Shown: piece by piece, positions 18,679 to 27,336 of the stretch | How positions within the stretch are numbered: the first letter of the stretch is position 1 | Layout of the letters: each line of letters starts with the position of its first letter | IMG/VR virus record: IMGVR_UViG_3300010354_020206 | Location: 4,576-68,575 of that record | DNA: 64,000 nucleotides | Source: a virus | Reading direction: 5' to 3' (one strand) | Translations under genes and position numbers: made by a program | Notes under the pieces: generated by a model | What the model saw: the letters and a program-made list of their open reading frames with translations, nothing else | Told to the model about the DNA's origin: nothing | Database searches by the model: none

Positions 18679-19512
18679 ATGCCAGTTTTACCATCGATTT
18701 ATTTGGGTAGTTTACAAAAAATTATTTTTGACTCAAAATCTTACATTTTAGAAAAATTCAACCAGACACAAAGAAACTCATTATCAGACAAACAAATGAT
18801 TCAAGGCTCTTTGGGCGTAAGGGTGATGGATGTTGGCGAAATTTTTTGGACAACTCAAATAGATTCGACAGCATTAGTTTATGAAAATGGAGTTAACAAT
18901 GATGTCTTTAGTCTAATTACATTATTATGGGACAACATAAGAAGTGCTAACAATCCTTCAATAACTCCATACCAGCCTCTTTTAGAAAAAGCAACGATCA
19001 ATATAAGTAAAGATGGGGTTAAATGTAGTGCCAATCTTAAAAGTGATGGGCCCAGTTATTTTTCAGTAATAACTGGGGGTGCTAATGAACCTATCGCAAG
19101 AACTGCCAAATGGTTTGATTGTTCTTTATTAATTACAAATGGGCCAGTTGGATTTGGCGGCATATCTGAAGTTGTCGCATTAGAAAGTGCTGAAATTGAA
19201 CTTGAAGCTAAAATAAGCCAAAGATACTTTGTTGGACAAGGCCAAACCCCATTTTTTTCAATTGATTATTTTAAAGTTTCAGGCAAAATGACAGTAATTG
19301 CTTCGCCAGGCCAAATGTTCAATTTATCTAACTACATCCCTTTTCAAAATAGAGGTTTTTTGGTGCCAACTGGACCAAGTAGTTTGACTTTATTTATTGG
19401 AACTGTACCACTTTATATTGGTCTGGCAGCTATGAAATCAGAATTTTCAAGATCAGTGACAGCTGGCGATGTAAATAAGATTAGTATTTCATTTACTTCA
19501 TATACATCATAA
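18679..19512 (+). CDS. hypothetical beta-rich protein, possibly tail-tube-like
   Basis: 277 aa with alternating beta-strand patterns (AEIELEAKI, FKVSGKMTV, ISISFTSY). The structural role is a guess. Confidence 0.45.
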   Translation: MPVLPSIYLGSLQKIIFDSKSYILEKFNQTQRNSLSDKQMIQGSLGVRVMDVGEIFWTTQIDSTALVYENGVNNDVFSLITLLWDNIRSANNPSITPYQPLLEKATINISKDGVKCSANLKSDGPSYFSVITGGANEPIARTAKWFDCSLLITNGPVGFGGISEVVALESAEIELEAKISQRYFVGQGQTPFFSIDYFKVSGKMTVIASPGQMFNLSNYIPFQNRGFLVPTGPSSLTLFIGTVPLYIGLAAMKSEFSRSVTAGDVNKISISFTSYTS

Positions 19513-19564
19513 TTGTTTTATAATAACAGTAAATACCTATTATTTTTGGTATGCATAAATAATT

Positions 19565-20149
19565 ATGACTGTTAAAAGAACTAATAAAGAAAAAAGTATT
19601 GCTATCACTGAAAAGTCGCTTTATCATGTAATTCATCCAGAAGAATTACTAGAAAATGGAGAATTGATTTTAAAATTTTCCATTCCTGGTCAGCCTGCCA
19701 CTAAAAAAACGTCTCAAAGAATTTTCAGAAGACGAATTCTACCATCAAAAGCATATTGTGCTTATGAAATCTATTGCGAACCATTTTGTAAATCAGTGTG
19801 GGTAGAAACTGGTAAATCCCCAATGGATTTTGGTGTAAGCATAAACATGAAAGTCTATTTGAAAAATTGGATAGTAGGAGATTGCACAGGCTATCAGCAA
19901 TCAATTGCCGACATTATGCAAAAATTCGGCATTCTAGCTAATGATAGTTGGATACATTGGGATTGGGAAGGTGATCATTGGTTTGGCGGTGTTGATAAAG
20001 AAAATCCAAGAATAGAAATAGTCATTAAAAGATTTAGGCATCCAAAAGAAAATTACAGGGAAAATCAAGAAACTGCCAACAGAGAAAAAGAGGAAAGGAA
20101 GCGAGCTAAAGCAAATAAATTGCTTGCTAATACTGATAATGGAAAATGA
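19565..20149 (+). CDS. rusA: RusA-like Holliday junction resolvase
   Basis: FSIPGQPATKK N-terminus, GD...IADIMQKFGILAND acidic motif, VDKENPRIEIVI C-terminal strand. Confidence 0.7.
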   Translation: MTVKRTNKEKSIAITEKSLYHVIHPEELLENGELILKFSIPGQPATKKTSQRIFRRRILPSKAYCAYEIYCEPFCKSVWVETGKSPMDFGVSINMKVYLKNWIVGDCTGYQQSIADIMQKFGILANDSWIHWDWEGDHWFGGVDKENPRIEIVIKRFRHPKENYRENQETANREKEERKRAKANKLLANTDNGK

Positions 20150-20633
20150 ACTACCAGAAGTGTCAGGGATTAATGTGATAAATGTGTCACAAGACTTATC
20201 ACCTGAAGAAATTAAAGAATTTATGGATAATTGGATTGATGAACATCCGCACATTACATCTGATCCCGGTCAAATTGTAATTTTTTCACCTTATGAAATG
20301 ATTTATGAACTAACTGAAAAAGATGGAATTAATTACTTGAACTTAACTGGATATATGAGTAGAACTAAATGGGCTACATTATCGGATGCTGATGATTTGA
20401 GATCTTTTGCTTTTCAGTTGGAAAAAAATCATGCAAACTTAAAAGTAAACGTTATACTGGCTTTGAGTGTAAAAGAATTTAGTGAAACAGATGAATCTTA
20501 TAACTTCGTCGATTCTTACTTTGCTCATAATCGAGAAGTTCATGAAATGATTACACAGATGCATTTAGATGAAATGAAACAAAATGAAGAACTTAATGAA
20601 GATTTGGACTCAGAATTATTTGGAGAAAAGTAA
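20139..20633 (+). CDS. acidic hypothetical protein
   Basis: Start moved to ATG 20139; TAATG coupling to the next gene. Confidence 0.7.
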   Translation: MENELPEVSGINVINVSQDLSPEEIKEFMDNWIDEHPHITSDPGQIVIFSPYEMIYELTEKDGINYLNLTGYMSRTKWATLSDADDLRSFAFQLEKNHANLKVNVILALSVKEFSETDESYNFVDSYFAHNREVHEMITQMHLDEMKQNEELNEDLDSELFGEK

Positions 20634-21346
20634 TGTCTAGTGCATACTATTTGCATAAAATTAAACATGAATTATGCTTTGTAAATGATATTACAAATTT
20701 AAAAGATCAAATTTATTCAATTGACATGCCTGTCATAGTGCCCATGAACAAATTGAATGCGACTGACGGTAGAACGCTTTTACAAAGAATTATCTTTCAG
20801 CATTTCAATTCAAACGCTTCAAAACAAATAGGATTTCTCAGAGGCTTAATAACATTACAATCTGAACCTGATCACTTTCAAACACACTTAATGCTTAATT
20901 GTACCACTGATCAACTGAGTGAACCCTCCGAGAGTGAATGGATTTCAGCTATAGAAAACGGGCTAGATACAGGTAATCAAATGTTACCGTTAGCCACAAT
21001 GAGTTCAGACATAAAATTAAACGCATGGGGAATTAAAGATTATGTCTATGAATGTAACATAGAATTTTGGCCCGATAATGAAAACCAAAAAACATTTGTT
21101 TGCGAATGTTTAATCAAATATTTGAAACCAGAAGGAATTGACAACATAAATGTTATCGATTTTGAATCAGGTTTTAACTTTTTGATATTTAGTAAAAAAA
21201 CAAATAGTTACGTTCCATTTTTGATCACTTCAGAAGATAAACCATACTTCTTTTTAACTGACGCTGAAATTATTAGTCATGAAACTCTTGTTTATGAAGA
21301 TAAAATTGGACATGAACTTTTTGTTAAATGTAGAGTAACAAAATAA
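20633..21346 (+). CDS. hypothetical protein
   Basis: 237 aa ORF ending at a terminator. Confidence 0.7.
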   Translation: MSSAYYLHKIKHELCFVNDITNLKDQIYSIDMPVIVPMNKLNATDGRTLLQRIIFQHFNSNASKQIGFLRGLITLQSEPDHFQTHLMLNCTTDQLSEPSESEWISAIENGLDTGNQMLPLATMSSDIKLNAWGIKDYVYECNIEFWPDNENQKTFVCECLIKYLKPEGIDNINVIDFESGFNFLIFSKKTNSYVPFLITSEDKPYFFLTDAEIISHETLVYEDKIGHELFVKCRVTK

Positions 21347-21374
21347 AGCCCCCAATTTAATGGGGGCTTTATTT
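21341..21374. terminator. bidirectional intrinsic terminator
   Basis: AAATAAAGCCCCCA-ATTTAA-TGGGGGCTTTATTT between convergent genes. Confidence 0.9.
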
Positions 21375-21392
21375 AAGCTAAGTTTACTAAAC

Positions 21393-21791
21393 TTAAACTT
21401 CTTCTGCTGGAATATAATCGTTATCAGGAGCTTGAGGAGCTGGAACCTGAAGCTCAGAAATAAAGTGTGGTTCTGACTCTTCAATGTTAACAGCGGTTAC
21501 GCCATCAAATCCGTACTGAGCGATGATTTCCTTGAATCTATCCTGGAAGGTAGTATTAGCATTCTGCAGCTCTTCTTCTACCTTGTTCAACTGCTCCTGT
21601 GCCTGAGCCTTCTGGGCTTGATAATTTCTTGTGATCTCTTCATACTGAGAATCGATCTGCTTAAGAAAATTATAGGCTTGATAGCCTTGTGACTGCAAAA
21701 AGGTCTGCTGAGCCTGCATGTTGCGCAATTCTGCATACTCTTCAGGGCTAACTGCAGGACGATTATCTGTGGTACCAACTTGTTCTTCCAT
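21393..21791 (-). CDS. Gln/Glu-rich coiled-coil protein
   Basis: ATG 21791 with AAGGA upstream; heptad-rich sequence. Confidence 0.75.
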   Translation of the reverse strand: MEEQVGTTDNRPAVSPEEYAELRNMQAQQTFLQSQGYQAYNFLKQIDSQYEEITRNYQAQKAQAQEQLNKVEEELQNANTTFQDRFKEIIAQYGFDGVTAVNIEESEPHFISELQVPAPQAPDNDYIPAEEV

Positions 21792-21874
21792 TAATTTTTT
21801 CCTTTTCAAAAGAATGATATAAAAGTAATTACTTGTGTTTTACAACACTATTTTTATACATAAATATTATGTAA

Positions 21875-22252
21875 CTATTTTGAGTTTAAAGGTACTAATT
21901 CAGGCAAAATTTCTGATAATTTATTTTGAATTTTATTTGCCAAACCAAATTTAGTAGACTTATTCAATTTAGCGTCTTCATCAGTAATAGTTAGTAATAC
22001 TTCATCATTGATTAAAATTACAGCTTGCCCTTTGATTTTTGAAACAACTATGTCTGATGCCTCTAAAGAAGGAACTAATACATATCTTAGTCTATCATAA
22101 ATGATTTCAGCTCTTTTTGCGCAATTATTCCCTCTTACTGAAAACAAGTGCACACCGCCTAGATTGATAGGCTCTACAACTCTAACTCGCTTGACATCTG
22201 AATGATTAGTTGAGAATAAACTAAACGCCAAAATCAATAAAAACTTATTCAT
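21875..22252 (-). CDS. small exported protein
   Basis: Signal-like N-terminus MNKFLLILAFSLFS; GAGG RBS. Confidence 0.7.
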   Translation of the reverse strand: MNKFLLILAFSLFSTNHSDVKRVRVVEPINLGGVHLFSVRGNNCAKRAEIIYDRLRYVLVPSLEASDIVVSKIKGQAVILINDEVLLTITDEDAKLNKSTKFGLANKIQNKLSEILPELVPLNSK

Positions 22253-22263
22253 AATAATAACCT

Positions 22264-22476
22264 CTAATTGCGTAGATCTTCAAAATTATCTAACGCATAA
22301 GAAAATAAAAATAACGATGAAATCATTACAAAACAAATAATTGTTATAGTGAAAATTATACAGGTTATTATCAGATTGGGAATAAGTTGCATTAATGCAT
22401 AAAAAATTATCAATAGAGGCAGAAAAACATTTATAAGAAGCAACGCTGAAGCTATGATTGCCAAAATTACTTTCAT
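22264..22476 (-). CDS. small two-TM membrane protein
   Basis: 70 aa, almost entirely hydrophobic; GAGGT RBS. Confidence 0.6.
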   Translation of the reverse strand: MKVILAIIASALLLINVFLPLLIIFYALMQLIPNLIITCIIFTITIICFVMISSLFLFSYALDNFEDLRN

Positions 22477-22494
22477 GTAAATACCTCAATTTAA

Positions 22495-22528
22495 ATTTAG
22501 CCCCCTAATATAAAATAGGGGGCTAAAT
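22495..22528. terminator. hairpin, probable terminator
   Basis: ATTTAGCCCCCTA-ATATAAAA-TAGGGGGCTAAAT 13-bp stem. Confidence 0.75.
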
Positions 22529-22656
22529 CTTGCTTCGTTGCAAAGAGTATTTGGGCCACAGCTTTGGGGCCTAATAGAGTAAGCTGCTCAACCTTCGCTC
22601 GTGAACCCAACGAAAGCAAGCCTAATAATGTTTGTCTAAAAGCGTAAACATTATTA
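22529..22656. ncRNA. candidate structured non-coding RNA (family not recognised)
   Basis: 12-bp closing stem 22529-22540/22608-22620 encloses two hairpins with complementary loops; a further 11-bp hairpin lies at 22623-22656; GC-rich relative to the flanks and lacking an ORF. Confidence 0.5.
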
Positions 22657-22721
22657 CATTATGCAATGCTTTTTTTGACAAATGTACTTATCTATTATGT
22701 AATTTTGAGGTAAATTCCTGT

Positions 22722-25166
22722 TTATCCTGAGCACATGATACAGTCTGGATCAGTTAATGAACAGACTTTTGATGCAAAATCTTCCTCATTAAATTGCTTG
22801 ATTTGTTCTACCTCTTTAGTTTTTTCTACTTCAGGAATTGTAGTAGAAGACAAATCGATGCCTAGTCCCTTCAATGCTTGCGCTTTTGGCTTAGTTCTTA
22901 GATAATACATGCCGGTCTTCAATCCAAGCTTCCAACCATACATATGAGCAGAAGACAATCTTGAAGCTGTTGGCTCAGACATAAACATGTTCAATGATTG
23001 AGATTGATCAATAAAATAACCTCTGTCTCTTGCCATCTCAAGTATTGATTTACCCTTCATCTCCCAAACAGTTTTGTAGATTTCTTTGATTTCTTGTGGC
23101 ACTTCTTCAATTTCTTGAACTGAACCATCACCAATAATCAATTTACGTCGTATGTTATCATTCCACACACCCAGATTTACCAAATCCTCAACAAGATGCT
23201 TGTTAATGATAGCGTATTCACCGCTAAGGGTATTCCTCTTGTATAGATTTGCAGTAAAGGGCTCAAAGCATTCATTATTGCCCAAAATCTGAGCTGTTGA
23301 TGCTGTTGGCATTGGAGCAACTAATAAAGAGTTCCTAAGCCCATAATTTTTGATTTCCTCTTTCAGAGACTCAAAATCCCACATACCTGACAAATCAGAT
23401 TCAGTTAAACCCCAAAGATTATACTGGAGCAAGCCTTGTGAAGCCGGAGACCCTTGGAATGAACTATAAGGCCCATGAATTTTTGCCAAATCTTTAGATG
23501 CCGTGAGCGCAGCAAAATAAATAGTCTCAAAGATGTCTTTATTAAGCTTTCTGGCTTCTTCAGATTCAAAAGGCAAGCCCATGAGAGCAAATGTATCTGC
23601 TAATCCCTGCACACCTAATCCAATTGGTCTATGCTTCATGTTTGAGTTTTTTGTTTCAGGTGTTGGATAATAATTAATATCAATTACCTGATTCAAATTA
23701 ACTGTTGCTTGATAAGTAACTTCGTAAAGTTTCTGAAAATCATACTTGCGTAGTTTTTTATCCTTACTGCGAACATTTCCAGTTGGCACAATTACAAACT
23801 TTGGCAAAGCTACAGATGCGAGATTACAAACTGCAATCTCATTCTTGTCCGTAAATTCTAGTATTTCTGTACAGAGATTTGAAGACTTGATAGTTCCAAG
23901 ATTCTTTTGATTGCTCTTGTAGTTACAAGCATCCTTGTATAGCATGTAAGGAGTGCCTGTTTCAACTTGAGAATCTAGAATCTTTTCCCAAAGTTCTCTG
24001 GCCTTAACAGTCTTAGTTGCCTTACCCTCAGATTCATACTTTTCATAGAGTTCTGTGAAAGCTTTGTGCTCTGGAGTATCATAAGCATCAATTAAGCCTG
24101 GTACTTGATCTGGTGAAAATAAAGACCAGTTGCCATTCTCTTCAACGCGCTTCATGAACAAATCTGGAATCCACAAAGCAAGAAACAAATCTCTGGCGCG
24201 AAGTTCTTCTTTTCCTTGATTCTTTCTCAAGTCAAGAAAGTCGAATACATCACCATGCCATGGCTCAAGATAAACTGCTATAGAACCCTTGCGCTTACCG
24301 CCACCCTGATCAACGTATCTTGCTGTTTCATTAAACACGCGAAGCATTGGGATAATTCCGTTGGAATGGCCATTGGTGCCCTTAATGTAACTACCTTTAG
24401 CACGAATTTTATGAATGTTGATGCCGATGCCACCGGCGCTTTGAGAAATCAAAGCACAATCAGAAAGAGTTTTATAAATGCCAGGAATAGAATCATCATC
24501 GATGTCCAAAAGAAAACAAGATGATAATTGGGGGCGATTTGTAGAAGCATTAAACAATGTTGGCGTGGCATGGGTAAACAAACCCTGAGACAGCATGTCA
24601 TAGGTCTTCTGCACCATTTCAAGATTTTCGCGCCAAATACCAACAGCGACTCGCATGTAGAGATGCTGTGGTGTTTCAGCTGGCTTGCCGTCAATCTTAA
24701 GAAGATAAGACTTTTTCAAAGTCATGAACCCAAAATAATCAAAATTGAAATCGCGATCATGAACAATCATAGCATCGAGTTCGGGGGCAAACTTCTGAAT
24801 AATGTCATAAACTTCATCAGAAATCATGCCAGCCTTTTCGCCTGTCTTTGGATTGACATAGTCATAGAGTCTCTTTGCTATAATTGAAAAATCTTTTTCA
24901 ACATCCTTATAAAGGGATGTGATGCCAATTCTTGCAGCTAGCTTACCAAAATCAGGATGAATAGTAACCATTGAGGCAGCTGTTTCAGCACTAAGCTGAT
25001 CAAGCTCTGTACTGCTTACTCCGTCATACAAGCCTGAAACAACCTTAGTGCTAACAACATCTGGGTCTACCAACTCATGTAAACCATAAGTTAACTTTTT
25101 AATTCTAGAAGAAATTTTCTCTAGCTTGAGTGCTTCTCTAGAACCATTACGCTTTACAATATCCAT
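22722..25166 (-). CDS. nrdA: ribonucleotide reductase class Ia large subunit
   Basis: ATP cone (VKRNGSRE), ATPTLFN, QLSSCFL, SSNLCTEI, CNLAS, APMPTAST, KTGMYYLR, C-terminal CxxC. Confidence 0.98.
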   Translation of the reverse strand: MDIVKRNGSREALKLEKISSRIKKLTYGLHELVDPDVVSTKVVSGLYDGVSSTELDQLSAETAASMVTIHPDFGKLAARIGITSLYKDVEKDFSIIAKRLYDYVNPKTGEKAGMISDEVYDIIQKFAPELDAMIVHDRDFNFDYFGFMTLKKSYLLKIDGKPAETPQHLYMRVAVGIWRENLEMVQKTYDMLSQGLFTHATPTLFNASTNRPQLSSCFLLDIDDDSIPGIYKTLSDCALISQSAGGIGINIHKIRAKGSYIKGTNGHSNGIIPMLRVFNETARYVDQGGGKRKGSIAVYLEPWHGDVFDFLDLRKNQGKEELRARDLFLALWIPDLFMKRVEENGNWSLFSPDQVPGLIDAYDTPEHKAFTELYEKYESEGKATKTVKARELWEKILDSQVETGTPYMLYKDACNYKSNQKNLGTIKSSNLCTEILEFTDKNEIAVCNLASVALPKFVIVPTGNVRSKDKKLRKYDFQKLYEVTYQATVNLNQVIDINYYPTPETKNSNMKHRPIGLGVQGLADTFALMGLPFESEEARKLNKDIFETIYFAALTASKDLAKIHGPYSSFQGSPASQGLLQYNLWGLTESDLSGMWDFESLKEEIKNYGLRNSLLVAPMPTASTAQILGNNECFEPFTANLYKRNTLSGEYAIINKHLVEDLVNLGVWNDNIRRKLIIGDGSVQEIEEVPQEIKEIYKTVWEMKGKSILEMARDRGYFIDQSQSLNMFMSEPTASRLSSAHMYGWKLGLKTGMYYLRTKPKAQALKGLGIDLSSTTIPEVEKTKEVEQIKQFNEEDFASKVCSLTDPDCIMCSG

Positions 25167-25168
25167 CC

Positions 25169-26128
25169 TTAAAAGTCCTCATCAAATGAAATAGTCTTAT
25201 TATCTGTTTCGCCTACGCCACTCTTAACGTAGTCAGCTACACGCTTCTCAAAGAAGTTTGTCTTATTAGGCAAAGCGATGTTTTGCATAAAATCAAAAGG
25301 ATTCTCAGAGTTGTATACCTTACCAACACCAAGTTCAACTAATAAACGATCTGATACATACTCAAGATATTGCTTCATAAGATCAGAATTCATACCAATC
25401 AAGCTAACTGGAAGAGCTTCTGTGATAAATTCCTTCTCGATTACAAGAGCCGAATCAATAATCTCGATAATGCGCTCACGAGAAAGCTTATTCTCGATGT
25501 GGTGATTGTATAGATGGACTGCAAAATCAGTATGCAATCCTTCATCACGAGAAATCAACTCATTGGAGAAAGACAAGCCAGGCATCTTGCCCTGCTTCTT
25601 AAGCCAGAAAATAGAACAGAATGATCCAGAAAAGAAAATACCTTCTACTGCAGCAAACGCAATCAGACGCTCTGTGAATGATTCAGAGCCAATCCACTTG
25701 AGAGCCCATTCTGCCTTCTTCTGAACAGCAGGGACTGTGTCGATTGCGTTGAAAAGATAATTCTGCTCTTCTTTATCCTTGATGTAAGTATCTATAAGAA
25801 GAGAGTATGTCTCAGAATGGATGTTTTCCATCATAATTTGGAAACCATAGAAAAATTTAGCTTCAGTGTACTGAACTTCTGAAACAAAATTTTCTGCAAG
25901 GTTCTCGTTAACGATGCCATCAGAAGCTGCAAAGAAAGCTAAAACATGCTTGATAAAATGCTGTTCATTAGGTTTTAATTGCTCCCAGTCAGCAAGATCT
26001 TGTGCTAAATCAATCTCTTCAGCGGTCCAGAAAACCTGCTCAGCTTTCTTGTAAAACTCCCAAATGTCATGATGTTGCAAGGGGAACAATACAAACCTAT
26101 TTTTATTTTCTTGTAAAATCTTTTCCAT
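25169..26128 (-). CDS. nrdB: ribonucleotide reductase class Ia small subunit
   Basis: [57 protein letters not shown]. Confidence 0.98.
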   Translation of the reverse strand: MEKILQENKNRFVLFPLQHHDIWEFYKKAEQVFWTAEEIDLAQDLADWEQLKPNEQHFIKHVLAFFAASDGIVNENLAENFVSEVQYTEAKFFYGFQIMMENIHSETYSLLIDTYIKDKEEQNYLFNAIDTVPAVQKKAEWALKWIGSESFTERLIAFAAVEGIFFSGSFCSIFWLKKQGKMPGLSFSNELISRDEGLHTDFAVHLYNHHIENKLSRERIIEIIDSALVIEKEFITEALPVSLIGMNSDLMKQYLEYVSDRLLVELGVGKVYNSENPFDFMQNIALPNKTNFFEKRVADYVKSGVGETDNKTISFDEDF

Positions 26129-26303
26129 TCTTATCTATCCTTACTCTCTTTATTTAAAACTTTTGATTATCTTATAATACAATCAAGTTGACGCAATAAC
26201 ATAACTATTTTTGTTTGAAACAAATTTGTCAAGGGTTTTGCATTGGTCCACTTTACAGTTAATTATGGTGCTATAATTTCTACATTGCCACAATTTAGGC
26301 AAC

Positions 26304-26340
26304 AAAAAAAGCCAGCATCTGAATTGGCTCAGATGTGACT
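26304..26340 (-). terminator. intrinsic terminator upstream of nrdB
   Basis: Minus strand AGTCACATCTGA-GCCAAT-TCAGATGCTGGCT followed by a T-run. Confidence 0.7.
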
Positions 26341-26390
26341 AAGTAAACATCACTGAAGATGCTAATTCGGAACAATTTTTAAACCAGACA

Positions 26391-26406
26391 ACAATACATA
26401 TTGTAC
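26391..26406. promoter_or_regulatory. possible NrdR box
   Basis: ACAATACATATTGTAC resembles acaCwAtATaTwGtgt and lies upstream of nrdBA; only one copy seen. Confidence 0.35.
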
Positions 26407-26444
26407 TTGATTTTAAGTATAAACCCTGCTGATCTATCTGTTAA

Positions 26445-27335
26445 TTATTTCAAAATTTTGGGTCTTAAGGCTAAGTCTGCATAAAAAATTTTTTGCTTTC
26501 CCCAATCTGTTGATTCTGCTAAAATTTCGCCAGCCTGTCCAACAATTTGAGTGTGCCCCTGAAAATATAAAGCAGGAAATAACCATCCGCAACAATAAGG
26601 TCTAACGATGCTAATTTGATTCTCAATGCTTCGTGGAATTTGAGGTTGCTCTTTTTCTTTATCAAAAGGATAATCAGGATAGGGCCTCCATCCACCAGAA
26701 GGAGCAACTAAAAATTGAGCACCATTGTCTGTCATTTCTTTAATAAAAAGGGGGTCATCGAGATCATAACAAATAACTACTCCGATGTCTACTAATTCAG
26801 TTTTGATAGGAGTATTTTGGTTACCTGATTTTACACCCCATGCTTTTTCTATTGGCACTAATTTTCTTTTTGCATAAGTTCCAGCTAATTTACCAGTTGA
26901 TTCATAAACATAACACAAATTGAAAATTCCAGTAAGCTTTCTTTCATAGACACTACCTGATACAATTATCACCTTGTTTTCGGCGGCAAGTTTTTTAAAT
27001 GTTCGTTTAATTATGTCTGAAATTCTTTTTTGAGAAAGCCACTCTCCCATTTTATTTAATTTTATTTTTGATAAAATGAGATCTGCTAATTTTTCAAACC
27101 AATTTTTTGCCCCCAAAGATTTAATTTGTGGATCAATGTTCTGCCTAATGCATTCAATTCTATAACTTTCTTTAGCCCAAGCTAAACAAAACCCCAAATC
27201 TTCTGGGAAACATACAACCTGAGCGCCGTTGCACACAGATTCTTTGACTAGTCCATCAAGCAAATTATAAAAATCAATCTCTTTAGTGCATTGAACTAAA
27301 TTTAATTGTATGGCGGCAATTTTTAAATTATTCAT
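26445..27335 (-). CDS. carbon-nitrogen hydrolase (nitrilase superfamily)
   Basis: KIAAIQL, VCFPE, YAKRKL, ICYDL: the Glu-Lys-Cys triad is intact. Confidence 0.9.
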   Translation of the reverse strand: MNNLKIAAIQLNLVQCTKEIDFYNLLDGLVKESVCNGAQVVCFPEDLGFCLAWAKESYRIECIRQNIDPQIKSLGAKNWFEKLADLILSKIKLNKMGEWLSQKRISDIIKRTFKKLAAENKVIIVSGSVYERKLTGIFNLCYVYESTGKLAGTYAKRKLVPIEKAWGVKSGNQNTPIKTELVDIGVVICYDLDDPLFIKEMTDNGAQFLVAPSGGWRPYPDYPFDKEKEQPQIPRSIENQISIVRPYCCGWLFPALYFQGHTQIVGQAGEILAESTDWGKQKIFYADLALRPKILK

Positions 27336-27336
27336 G

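Noticed and set aside
22264-22476. Holin call for the two-TM protein
   Set aside because: It is 24 kb from the GH108 lysin, and hydrophobicity alone is not enough evidence.
22286-22489. Alternative 67-aa ORF overlapping 22264-22476
   Set aside because: Same strand, different frame; the 70-aa frame has an ATG, a well-spaced GAGGT RBS and a coherent two-TM pattern.
22529-22620. Hammerhead ribozyme, tRNA or SAM-I riboswitch identity for the structured segment
   Set aside because: No CTGANGA core, no cloverleaf with a GTTCRA T-loop, and SAM-I conserved elements do not align; left unassigned.
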